Shown: one piece after another, positions 30,641-38,828 of the stretch
How positions within the stretch are numbered: the stretch's first letter is position 1
Layout: every line of letters starts with the position of its first letter
From: Candidatus Fraserbacteria bacterium
GTDB lineage: Bacteria; Bipolaricaulota; Bipolaricaulia; RBG-16-55-9; DRXL01
Direction of reading: 5' to 3'
Length of the DNA: 64,000 bases
NCBI GenBank assembly: GCA_947085185.1
Contig: CAMTVK010000019.1
Span: 21,470-85,469 of the forward strand
Notes under the pieces: model-generated
What the model was told of the DNA's origin: nothing
Database searches by the model: none
The model's input: the letters and a program-made list of their open reading frames with translations, nothing else
Made by a program: the position numbers and the translations under genes

Positions 30641-30964
30641 ATGCAATTGACGATCTACTACACCAAGGATGATCTCTATCTTATCAAACAGGTTGAAGCG
30701 AAAGCCGAGCGAGAGCGGCGGAGCAAGAGCTCGGTCATCCTCTCTATCGTCGAAGAGTACTTCGCTCGCAAGAAGAAGCTGGGTGAGATCCTGTGCGATC
30801 TAGGAAAGCTCACCCCGGAGAAGCTCAATCAAGCCATCGAGATCCAGAAGAAAGAAGGGGGCACGCGGACGCTCGGCGAGATCTTGCTCTCCAAGAAGTG
30901 GATCACCGAGCACGATCTCATGCGAGCGCTGATGCTCCAGGGCAAAGCGAAAGATCTCGAATAA
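30641..30964 (+). CDS. Ribbon-helix-helix-like domain fused to an MshEN (c-di-GMP-binding) domain
   Basis: MQLTIY..(helix)..RSKSSVILSIVEEYF, then KLGEILCDLGKLTPEKLNQAIEIQ and TLGEILLSKKWITEHDLMRALMLQ; AAGGAGG RBS. Confidence 0.72.
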   Translation: MQLTIYYTKDDLYLIKQVEAKAERERRSKSSVILSIVEEYFARKKKLGEILCDLGKLTPEKLNQAIEIQKKEGGTRTLGEILLSKKWITEHDLMRALMLQGKAKDLE

Positions 30965-30978
30965 TCGAATAACTCTCT

Positions 30979-32010
30979 ATGAAGATCATTCGACCTCTGG
31001 GCATAGCCGCCATCGGGATGGGGCTGGTCTGGCTCTCCGGCCAGGCTTTGCTCATCTCGAACATCGAGTTCGATCTTAGTCTGCCCCGGGGCGCTACGGA
31101 TATATTGACATTCCAAGTGCTCAATAACGAAGCCGATCCCCTCGAGATTCAAATCAGCTTGGCTGACTGGGATCGAGACCTCAACGGCGAGAACCGGTTC
31201 TATCCGCCAGGGACGCTGCCGCGCTCGGCAGCAAGCTGGCTCTCTGTCACCCCGTTGCGATTCGATCTTGCGCCAAACGAACAGAAAGAGATTCGCTTCT
31301 CCATCAAAGTCCCTTCGGATATCGTGGGGACGTACTGGGCGGCGATCATGGTCGAGGCCGCTCCTAAACGGGCTCAGCCCCAACCCCCAGGCACGACTGT
31401 GATCGTGCGGCGGCGCTTCGCTGTCAAAGTCTTAGAGACCCCACCGGGCACAGGCACCAAGGACGGGCGCATCACCTTGATAGACGTGCGCGGGCTCAAT
31501 CCCCCAAATTACTTTCTAGAGTTTGAGAACCGGGGGACGATCCATACCCCGCAAGTCAAAGGGCGCATCGAGCTGCGCGACGAGAAGGGAGCACTTATAG
31601 AAAAGCTCGAGATCGAGAGCTTTCCCACCCTGCCCTTCTCCAAACGCTTGCTCAAAGTCACCAGCGCTCGCAAGAGAGGGGATCTCTTGCCCCCGGGGAA
31701 GTATCTTGTCTTAGCTATTCTCGATTATGGGGGAGAGACCCTCGCAGGCGGGCAATTTATTCTCCGGATCAAGCCCTTACAGCTCGTCCCCATCGGCGAC
31801 GCCAAGGCCCCTCCCAAAGACTTAGACAAAGACGGCCTCTACGAAGATGTCAACGGGGACGGCACGCTCTCCCTCGAAGACGCTGCGCTCTTGGGGTTGA
31901 ATATTGATAAACCCGCGGTGCAAGAGAACGCCAGAGCGTTCGACTTCGATAACGACGGCGACGCCGACTTCGACGATGTCGTCACCCTCAAAAAGATAGC
32001 TGGGGGATAA
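30979..32010 (+). CDS. PapD-like fimbrial chaperone with C-terminal dockerin-like domain
   Basis: Signal peptide; WLSVTP..F.L.PNE...IRF.I.VP...GTYWAAIMVE; FENRG; tail DLDKDGLYEDVNGDG...FDFDNDGDADFDD. Confidence 0.65.
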   Translation: MKIIRPLGIAAIGMGLVWLSGQALLISNIEFDLSLPRGATDILTFQVLNNEADPLEIQISLADWDRDLNGENRFYPPGTLPRSAASWLSVTPLRFDLAPNEQKEIRFSIKVPSDIVGTYWAAIMVEAAPKRAQPQPPGTTVIVRRRFAVKVLETPPGTGTKDGRITLIDVRGLNPPNYFLEFENRGTIHTPQVKGRIELRDEKGALIEKLEIESFPTLPFSKRLLKVTSARKRGDLLPPGKYLVLAILDYGGETLAGGQFILRIKPLQLVPIGDAKAPPKDLDKDGLYEDVNGDGTLSLEDAALLGLNIDKPAVQENARAFDFDNDGDADFDDVVTLKKIAGG

Positions 32011-32115
32011 AGACAGTTCAGAGTTCCCAGTCTGACAGTTCTAAGTTCAGCGGCTCGGCGAACTCAGACCTATGAAACCCTGAACTGTCCCGCGCCCCCG
32101 CGATCCTTCGTCAAT

Positions 32116-32439
32116 TTAGCCGCGCTTGACGGAGAGTTTTCCGCCAGCTTCCACGACTTTGAGCCTCTTGCGGACCATCTCTTTGAGCTCGCGACCAGCC
32201 CGGAACCCCGGCACGGCCTTGCTCGCGACCATGATGCGCTGGCCCGTCTGCGGGTTGACACGCATAGAACTCTTGCGCGGGCGCGCCTCAAATGTGCCAA
32301 ACCCCGTGATCCGCACCGGCTCGCCATCGCACATCGTCTTGCTAATCGTTTCAAACATCGCGTCCACGGCCTCTTTGGCCGCCTTCTTGCTCAGACCCGT
32401 CTGCTTGGCTACCATCTCTGCCAACTCGGCCTTGTTCAT
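32116..32439 (-). CDS. hup: Histone-like DNA-binding protein HU
   Basis: MNKAELAE, GFGTF, NPQTG, PGFRAG. Confidence 0.92.
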   Translation of the reverse strand: MNKAELAEMVAKQTGLSKKAAKEAVDAMFETISKTMCDGEPVRITGFGTFEARPRKSSMRVNPQTGQRIMVASKAVPGFRAGRELKEMVRKRLKVVEAGGKLSVKRG

Positions 32440-32648
32440 TGGCACAAACCCCCCTTGTGGTCTATGATGAACCCAACGGACAGCCCTCGTGCCGGCGGAG
32501 GAGAGCTGCCCATCCGGTTCTCAAGTGCCCATATTCTAGAGACTCACCCCCCTAGAAGGCAAATTTTCACCTCCAGGGACAGAGATACCCTGGGAGAGAG
32601 CTTGCCGTCCTTGGTCCCCCATCGCCAAAGATCTTAAAATTTCCTACA

Positions 32649-35600
32649 ATGCACAAGAGGGCCATAAATATTATCGGGCTGATCACGGTGGGATGGAGCT
32701 GGCTGGGCACCGGCCAGGTGATGATCACCCCTCCTGCGGCTCCGCCGATCGCCGGCCCCGGCGATGCCCTCACCCTGCCGTTTCACGTGAAAAATACCGG
32801 CCCAGAAAGAGATATGTTCGAGTTCTCTCTCGAAATGTCTGCGGGGCTTGAGCCGCTGGGGACGCCCGAGCCAGTTGAGCTTGACCCCAATGCCGCAGAG
32901 ACTGTTTTCGTCAGCGTCTTCGTCAGCACGAAAGCCCGCGCGGGAGAGGGAAGCGTCACCCTGAAAGCCCGGTCACGAAAGAACCCATCCCTGACAGGTC
33001 AAGCTACGGTGATAGTGACCGTCAGAGCATCTCCTGGGCTGGCCCTGAGCGCTCCCCCGGCCAAGACGGTCGAGCCAGGCCGCGCTGACTCCCTCGTCTT
33101 CATCGTGCGCAACACGGGCAATGTGCCGGATCGTGTGGCGTTCTCCACACAAACTACGGGTGCTCTGAAAGCGCAAGCACCCACGGACGAGATCCCGCTT
33201 GACGTCGGCGAGCGCCGTGAGGTACGAGTCGAAATCTCCGTGCCTAAGGGCGCTCCGCCGGTGCGCCAGCGCGTCACGCTCACAGCCCTCTCCAAAAAAT
33301 TTCCAAACGTCTCCGCTGAAGCTACGGCGGTGCTGGAGATCTTGCCGCCCTTGCCCCAAGAGGTGGGCGGCTCGCTCTTTTTGACGATCCCCTCCGAAGT
33401 ACAGTTTCAATTCGACGGCCAGACAGGAGCGACGTTAGGAGCTTTTATCACGATTACTGAGCGAGGCGGCGTGCTGGTCCCTGAGCCGCCGGCAGTGCGC
33501 CTCGACGTCGGAGGAACCTTGACTGTGAATAATACGAGCCCCGTGGCGATCACGGTGACCGTGTCCGATGGGCGACCCCCCGTGAGCATCCCGTCGGGGG
33601 GAAGCAGCTCTTTCGCTTTCCCAGTCTCCGGAATCTTTACTGTGACTTTCAGCAACGGGGCTCTCATCTCTTCTGTGGGCTTCGTGACCGTGCACGATAT
33701 AATCTTCCGACAGAGGCTCAGGGGGGGCGGTGGCACGAGCCCTCTCAGCACCCAGCAGAACGTCCTCACGCGCGACGCTCGCTATGCTTGGCCAAGGCGC
33801 GAGCCCTCTGAACGTTTTCAAGAGATCTCTTATCTGCTCGATATTCAGAATCTCTTCGAGCTCAATGCGCTCTTCTTTGCCCTCGATGGGAGCCCCCTAG
33901 GAGTGACCTTGGGCGATCTCTATCTCCCGGTGGGTGTGCTGGCGACCCTGGCCGGGCGCGGCGGCCAGCTCATTGTGCACCCAGGGATTTTCAGCACAAG
34001 ACTCTCGCTCTCGGCTACGGCCGGCCGACGTGCCCTCCCCGAACTCGCATTTTTGATCACCGATGACCCAGCCGAGCTGCCCTCTGCAGGAGTCGTCAGC
34101 CTGAATCAGCCCGTTCGGTTTCGCAACGTCGGGCTTCTCCCCCATACAGTCACGATTGCCGGCTCCGGGACGATAACGCTTGCGCCAGGGCAGTCGTTCG
34201 TCTATCTCTTCAGCACCATCGGACAGATCACTGTTACGATAGATACAACGCCTGTGGTCTTTCTCGTGATTGCCGAAGCGTTCTGCAGTGCATCGTTTCT
34301 CTTCTGTCTTGGCGCTGAAGGGCAAGGCTCGCCCATCCCCGGCGTGACGGTAGGCCAGACCGCGCTCTTTGGGTATACTCCCAGTCCGAGCCTGACGACG
34401 ACGCTCATCAACCGGGTGCGCTGGCAGATCCCCGGCGGCAGCGCCACGACCGTCGAGGGTGGGCTCACTTGGCAAAACGGGACTCTCTTAGATTCTGCCC
34501 TGCGCGCCAGCTCGGAGCTGCGCTTTGGCGACTTTTTCGTGGTCGCAGAATTTCTCCGGGCCGGCCGGGATTTCGTGGGTGACCGCCGCGATGAACAGAG
34601 TATTCAGATCTTTCAAGCGTTCTCGAGCACAAACTTTTCCGTGGGTCTCAGCTTTGGGCGCTCGCACAACAACGTCAATGCCGATCCCCTGCAGCAGACG
34701 CTGACCCGCCAGGATGCCCGCGCCGCGCTTCGTCTCAAGATCTCCGAAGTGCTGCCTACGATCAAGCTCGCCACAGCCTATAGCACGTTGGTGGGAACAG
34801 GCCCCTTGCCCCCTACAGATATCGCACGGTTCTCCATCACGGCACAAGCGACCCAGCCCATTGGCCAGCTTGGGGATATCTCCGTCTTTACCGAGCAAGC
34901 CCGAATCATCAACGCTGTCGCAGGCACCGATATCGGCTTTGGCACGGTGGGCAGCGATTTCTCTCTCAGACTGACGGAGCTGCGCGCCTCGCTGCGCTTC
35001 GAGCACCGCTCCGAGGTCGATCTCCTCTCGAGCGCTCTGCTGAGCCGGACGCTTATAGCTTCAGCGGGGATGGAGCTGGTGCGCCGCCCGTTCGGCGTGC
35101 GCCTAGGGATCACGCGGTTTGCTCAACGCACGGATCTGAGCGTGGGCCTCCAAGCCCAGCTGGGGATCGCTGAGCTCTTCTTCTCTAGCTTGATAGGGCT
35201 GCTCGATCTGGGCGGGGCAGACTTCAGCTTTGCGCTCGCCTTCTTGGTGCGCTTTGATGCCCCGATCCCGTTCCTCGTCGTCAAGGGGCAAGTTGAGGGC
35301 TTCGTCTTCATAGATACAAATAAGAACACTCAGCGCGACCCCAACGAGACTGGGCCAAAAGATCTCATCCTCACGTTGGGCAATGAAAAAGCTCGCACCG
35401 ACGCGCGCGGGTTCTTCAGATTCCCCCCGATGCCCACAGGAACATACGAGCTCAAGATCGAAAAGCTTCCCCTAGGGATCATCGTCAAGACAGAACTCCC
35501 TAAGAAAATCCAGATTGTCGCGGGGCAGACTCTGAAGATCGAGGTCCCCCTGGCCCAAGTCGCAGTGATCGAAGGGCTGGTCTTCCACGACGAGAACCGC

Positions 35601-36140
35601 AACGGTCAAGTAGATTCTTCAGAGCAAGGGCTCAGCTCTGTACGGATCTTCTTGACGGATGCGACGGGCAAGACTCGCGAGCAACGTACGGATCTTGATG
35701 GGCGCTTCGCGTTCAGCGAGCTGCTTTCGGGAAGGTACACGGTCGCTCTCGACGTGCGCAGTCTTCCGGAGAATTTTGTGCCGACGACCCCGGCAGAAGT
35801 CGTGGTGGAGCTGCGCCCCCAGGAGCAGATCACTGTGAACTTTGGGGCAGCTGAGCGCGAGAAGATCGTGAAATTCCCGCCGGTGGCAGAGTTCACGTTC
35901 TCCCCGCCACGCCCCACTGTGGGCCAGACCGTGACTTTTGACGCTTCAGAATCGTTCGATCCTGATGGACAGATCGTCAAGTATGAATGGGACTTTGAGA
36001 GCGACGGGACGATAGACGCTCAAGGGGTTGTAGTCGAGCACGTCTTCACCCAAGCGGGGACATTCACGGTGACGCTGAGTGTGACAGATAACGATGGCCA
36101 GACAAGCACGGCACGAAAGACCATCACGGTGAGGCCGTGA
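32649..36140 (+). CDS. Large exported protein: tandem Ig-like domains, central beta-barrel-like region, two SdrD-B/carboxypeptidase-like repeats and PKD (usher-like)
   Basis: F.VKNTG/VRNTGN Ig repeats; amphipathic strands; VEGFVFIDTNKN and IEGLVFHDENRNG repeats; FDASESFDPDG..YEWDF PKD; start uncertain. Confidence 0.65.
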   Translation: MHKRAINIIGLITVGWSWLGTGQVMITPPAAPPIAGPGDALTLPFHVKNTGPERDMFEFSLEMSAGLEPLGTPEPVELDPNAAETVFVSVFVSTKARAGEGSVTLKARSRKNPSLTGQATVIVTVRASPGLALSAPPAKTVEPGRADSLVFIVRNTGNVPDRVAFSTQTTGALKAQAPTDEIPLDVGERREVRVEISVPKGAPPVRQRVTLTALSKKFPNVSAEATAVLEILPPLPQEVGGSLFLTIPSEVQFQFDGQTGATLGAFITITERGGVLVPEPPAVRLDVGGTLTVNNTSPVAITVTVSDGRPPVSIPSGGSSSFAFPVSGIFTVTFSNGALISSVGFVTVHDIIFRQRLRGGGGTSPLSTQQNVLTRDARYAWPRREPSERFQEISYLLDIQNLFELNALFFALDGSPLGVTLGDLYLPVGVLATLAGRGGQLIVHPGIFSTRLSLSATAGRRALPELAFLITDDPAELPSAGVVSLNQPVRFRNVGLLPHTVTIAGSGTITLAPGQSFVYLFSTIGQITVTIDTTPVVFLVIAEAFCSASFLFCLGAEGQGSPIPGVTVGQTALFGYTPSPSLTTTLINRVRWQIPGGSATTVEGGLTWQNGTLLDSALRASSELRFGDFFVVAEFLRAGRDFVGDRRDEQSIQIFQAFSSTNFSVGLSFGRSHNNVNADPLQQTLTRQDARAALRLKISEVLPTIKLATAYSTLVGTGPLPPTDIARFSITAQATQPIGQLGDISVFTEQARIINAVAGTDIGFGTVGSDFSLRLTELRASLRFEHRSEVDLLSSALLSRTLIASAGMELVRRPFGVRLGITRFAQRTDLSVGLQAQLGIAELFFSSLIGLLDLGGADFSFALAFLVRFDAPIPFLVVKGQVEGFVFIDTNKNTQRDPNETGPKDLILTLGNEKARTDARGFFRFPPMPTGTYELKIEKLPLGIIVKTELPKKIQIVAGQTLKIEVPLAQVAVIEGLVFHDENRNGQVDSSEQGLSSVRIFLTDATGKTREQRTDLDGRFAFSELLSGRYTVALDVRSLPENFVPTTPAEVVVELRPQEQITVNFGAAEREKIVKFPPVAEFTFSPPRPTVGQTVTFDASESFDPDGQIVKYEWDFESDGTIDAQGVVVEHVFTQAGTFTVTLSVTDNDGQTSTARKTITVRP

Positions 36141-36680
36141 TCACGAGATCTGCCGCAACAGCTTCCGTACCCGATAGAAATACTCAGCCCCGGAGATCAC
36201 CGTCACGGCCACGACGATAGGAACGAGAATATCTTTTATGCCCGCGACGTCCCAACGGAACGCCCCTTGGCCAAGTAACACCAAGACCAGCCCAATCTGC
36301 GAGATCGTCTTGAGCTTGCCCCAGATACTTGCCCCAAGCACCATCCCTTGAGTGCTGATCACCGTGCGCAACCCCGTCACTAAAAACTCTCGCGCAATAA
36401 TAATAATCACGGGAATCGCGGAGATCTGCTGCAACTGCACATACGCTAAAAGCACCGAGATAATCAAGAGCTTATCCGCGATAGGATCGGCAAATTTCCC
36501 CAAGTTTGTCTCGTCAGAGCGGCGACGCGCCAGATAGCCGTCGAGCGCATCGGTCATCGCAGCAAAACCAAAGAGCGCCAGCGCGATCAGCGCGTTCTGC
36601 GCCCCGGGAACGAGCACAAAATAGAGAATCGCCGGAATCAGCGCGATGCGCAGCAGCGTGATCCCATTGGGCCAGTTCAT
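36141..36680 (-). CDS. pgsA: CDP-diacylglycerol--glycerol-3-phosphate 3-phosphatidyltransferase
   Basis: PNGITLLR, TDALDGYLARR, GKFADPIADK, REFLVTGLR, GKLKT. Confidence 0.93.
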   Translation of the reverse strand: MNWPNGITLLRIALIPAILYFVLVPGAQNALIALALFGFAAMTDALDGYLARRRSDETNLGKFADPIADKLLIISVLLAYVQLQQISAIPVIIIIAREFLVTGLRTVISTQGMVLGASIWGKLKTISQIGLVLVLLGQGAFRWDVAGIKDILVPIVVAVTVISGAEYFYRVRKLLRQIS

Positions 36681-36706
36681 AGGGCTATTGTAAAGTGACG
36701 GCGCAG

Positions 36707-37465
36707 CTAGAGCAACCGCCCACAAAACTCTCTCAGAGCTTCTGTGACCGCCTGGGGCTGCTCCACCATCACCATGTGTCCGGCACGTTCTATGATTTCT
36801 AAGTGGGCATTGGGGATATGATGCTGAAGATACTCAGAATACTTGACTGGGGTGAGCTTGTCCTCCCGCCCGCAGAGTATGAGTGTGGGCACGGCGATCT
36901 CCGAGAGTCGCGCCATGACGTCGAATGCGTTACAGCTTGAGAAATCACGAAAGAGCGTGGCCGCCCCGTTGCGATGCATCTGGTGGCGGGCTCGCTCGTG
37001 AAGCTCTGTGGGGCTCTGCTCCGCGAAGGCCCATCGAATGACGAGCTCGATCGCGTGCTCAAAGTCCGTCTGGCAGAGCTCGAGAATCTGTGGGTGGACT
37101 GTAAGCTTCGCTCCAGTGCCGACAAGCCCTAAGCCCGCAAGATTCTGAGGGCGCTCGAGCCCAACTGTAAGGGCGATCGCCCCGCCCATTGAGTGTCCGA
37201 CGACGACCGTGGGCAGAGCCAGAGCTTTGAGCACCGCGAGCACATCTTCGACATAAGTATGCAGCCCGTCACCCTGGCGGGCAGGGCTGCGCCCGTGGCC
37301 GTTGAGATCCACAGCTGCGACCGAAAAATCTTGGGCAAGCTCGCGCAACTGCTCCCCCCAGATGGTGTGATCCCCACCGGCACCATGCACAAAGAGCAGC
37401 GCGGGCTGGCCCTGCCCCGCCTGTGCATAATAGAGCTCTTGGTGAAAGACTGTGATCGTGGGCAC
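36707..37465 (-). CDS. Alpha/beta-fold hydrolase
   Basis: FVHGAG, GHSMGG, D.LTP, AGH. Confidence 0.9.
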   Translation of the reverse strand: MPTITVFHQELYYAQAGQGQPALLFVHGAGGDHTIWGEQLRELAQDFSVAAVDLNGHGRSPARQGDGLHTYVEDVLAVLKALALPTVVVGHSMGGAIALTVGLERPQNLAGLGLVGTGAKLTVHPQILELCQTDFEHAIELVIRWAFAEQSPTELHERARHQMHRNGAATLFRDFSSCNAFDVMARLSEIAVPTLILCGREDKLTPVKYSEYLQHHIPNAHLEIIERAGHMVMVEQPQAVTEALREFCGRLL

Positions 37466-37815
37466 TACAGATGCGCCTTGGCCGTCTCGACCAACGTGTC
37501 GAACGCCTTGGGGTCGTGAATAGCAATCTCAGCGAGCATCTTCCGATTGAGCTGGATGCCCGCTTTTGCGAGCCCATTCATGAACCGAGAGTACGGCAGC
37601 CCACGAGCCCGCGCTGCGGCGTTGATGCGAATGTTCCAAAGTCTGCGAAAATCGCGCTTGCGCAGCTTGCGACTGATATACGCATTGCGCAGCGCGTGCA
37701 TCACGCGCTCTTTCGCAATGCGAAAGCACGTGCGGCGCTTGCCCTTAAACCCCTTGGCGAGCTCTAAGATCCTCTTGCGCCGTTCTAGTCGCTTGTTTCC
37801 GCCTTTCACACGCAT
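37465..37815 (-). CDS. rplT: 50S ribosomal protein L20
   Basis: [25 protein letters not shown]. Confidence 0.97.
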   Translation of the reverse strand: MRVKGGNKRLERRKRILELAKGFKGKRRTCFRIAKERVMHALRNAYISRKLRKRDFRRLWNIRINAAARARGLPYSRFMNGLAKAGIQLNRKMLAEIAIHDPKAFDTLVETAKAHL

Positions 37816-37835
37816 GGAGATTCTCCTCTGTGTCG

Positions 37836-38030
37836 CTAGCTTGAGAGCAAGTCTTGAAAGGTCTTAGCCAAAGTTGAGGGCACTTGAAAGCCTCGGCGGG
37901 CTTGGCGCTTGCGATTGGGACTGCGCTTCACCAGCTTATGGTGATACCCCGCCGTCGCGCCAAGCACCTTCTTGTTACGCGTGACTTTAAAGCGCTTGGC
38001 GATCCCCTTGTGCGTCTTCTTCTTGGGCAT
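37836..38030 (-). CDS. rpmI: 50S ribosomal protein L35
   Basis: [17 protein letters not shown]; between infC and rplT. Confidence 0.93.
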   Translation of the reverse strand: MPKKKTHKGIAKRFKVTRNKKVLGATAGYHHKLVKRSPNRKRQARRGFQVPSTLAKTFQDLLSS

Positions 38031-38592
38031 CCTTAGGACCTCCTGTGTCGTAGTCTAGAGATCGTTCTGGGGCAGACTTCGCTCCCTTCCCCGGTACCAG
38101 GAGCATCTGCAAAGACCGACCGCGTTCTTTGGGATATTGTTCGACGCGACCGATGTCCGCCGTCTCTCGAGCGATGCGCTCCAAGAGCTCGCGCCCGCGG
38201 TTGATGTGGACGATCTCGCGCCCGCGGAAGATCACCGTCACTCGGACCTTGTTCTCCGACTTCAAAAACTCGCGAATGTGCCGGAGCTTCGTCTCGAAGT
38301 CGTGCTTTTCGATCTGGGTCGTCATACGGATCTCTTTGAGCTTGCCGCCTTTAGGGCGCTTCTTCTCGCGCTTCTCTTGACGATAACGATACTTCCCGAA
38401 ATTAACAAACTTACAGACGACTGGGGTCGCCTGCGGAGCCACCTCGACCAGATCGAGATTTCGGCTGCGCGCTTGCTTGATCGCTTCGGCGAGCGGCATG
38501 ATGCCTAACTGCTCGCCGTTCTCGTCAATGACTCGAACTTCCTGGGCACGAATCTCTTCGTTCTTGCGAATCCGACTATAAGGTCCGGCGAT
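37987..38592 (-). CDS. infC: Translation initiation factor IF-3, probable non-AUG (ATC) start
   Basis: NEEIRA.EVRVI, LDLVEVAP, FRGRE; AGGAGGAGG lies 6 nt before an in-frame ATC. Confidence 0.93.
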   Translation of the reverse strand: MAGPYSRIRKNEEIRAQEVRVIDENGEQLGIMPLAEAIKQARSRNLDLVEVAPQATPVVCKFVNFGKYRYRQEKREKKRPKGGKLKEIRMTTQIEKHDFETKLRHIREFLKSENKVRVTVIFRGREIVHINRGRELLERIARETADIGRVEQYPKERGRSLQMLLVPGKGAKSAPERSLDYDTGGPKDAQEEDAQGDRQAL

Positions 38593-38663
38593 AGACGACC
38601 TCCTCCTCAAAAAGACAGTTTAAAGCGAAACGTGACAAGTTGCAAGTTGCCACGGCCATCTAG

Positions 38664-38736
38664 CGCTCCCAAGGGGATTCGAACCCCTGTTTCCGGCTTG
38701 AGAGACCAGCGTCCTGGGCCGCTAGACGATGGGAGC
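38664..38736 (-). tRNA. tRNA-Glu (CTC), CCA not encoded
   Basis: GCTCCCATCGTCTAGCGG...CTGGT-CTCTCAA-GCCGG...GGTTCGAATCC..TGGGAGCG cloverleaf. Confidence 0.95.
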
Positions 38737-38828
38737 GAAAGCGCCTTGAGTGTAACAAATCTTGGAGAAATCGTCAAGCAGTCCTTATTGCCTTGGCCGC
38801 GGTATTGCTCTACAATAAGCCGAAGTTT

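Noticed and set aside
32455..32560. hup leader hairpin as SRP RNA or 6S RNA
   Set aside because: Lacks the SRP domain IV CAGG..GGAA..AGCAG motif and is too short for 6S
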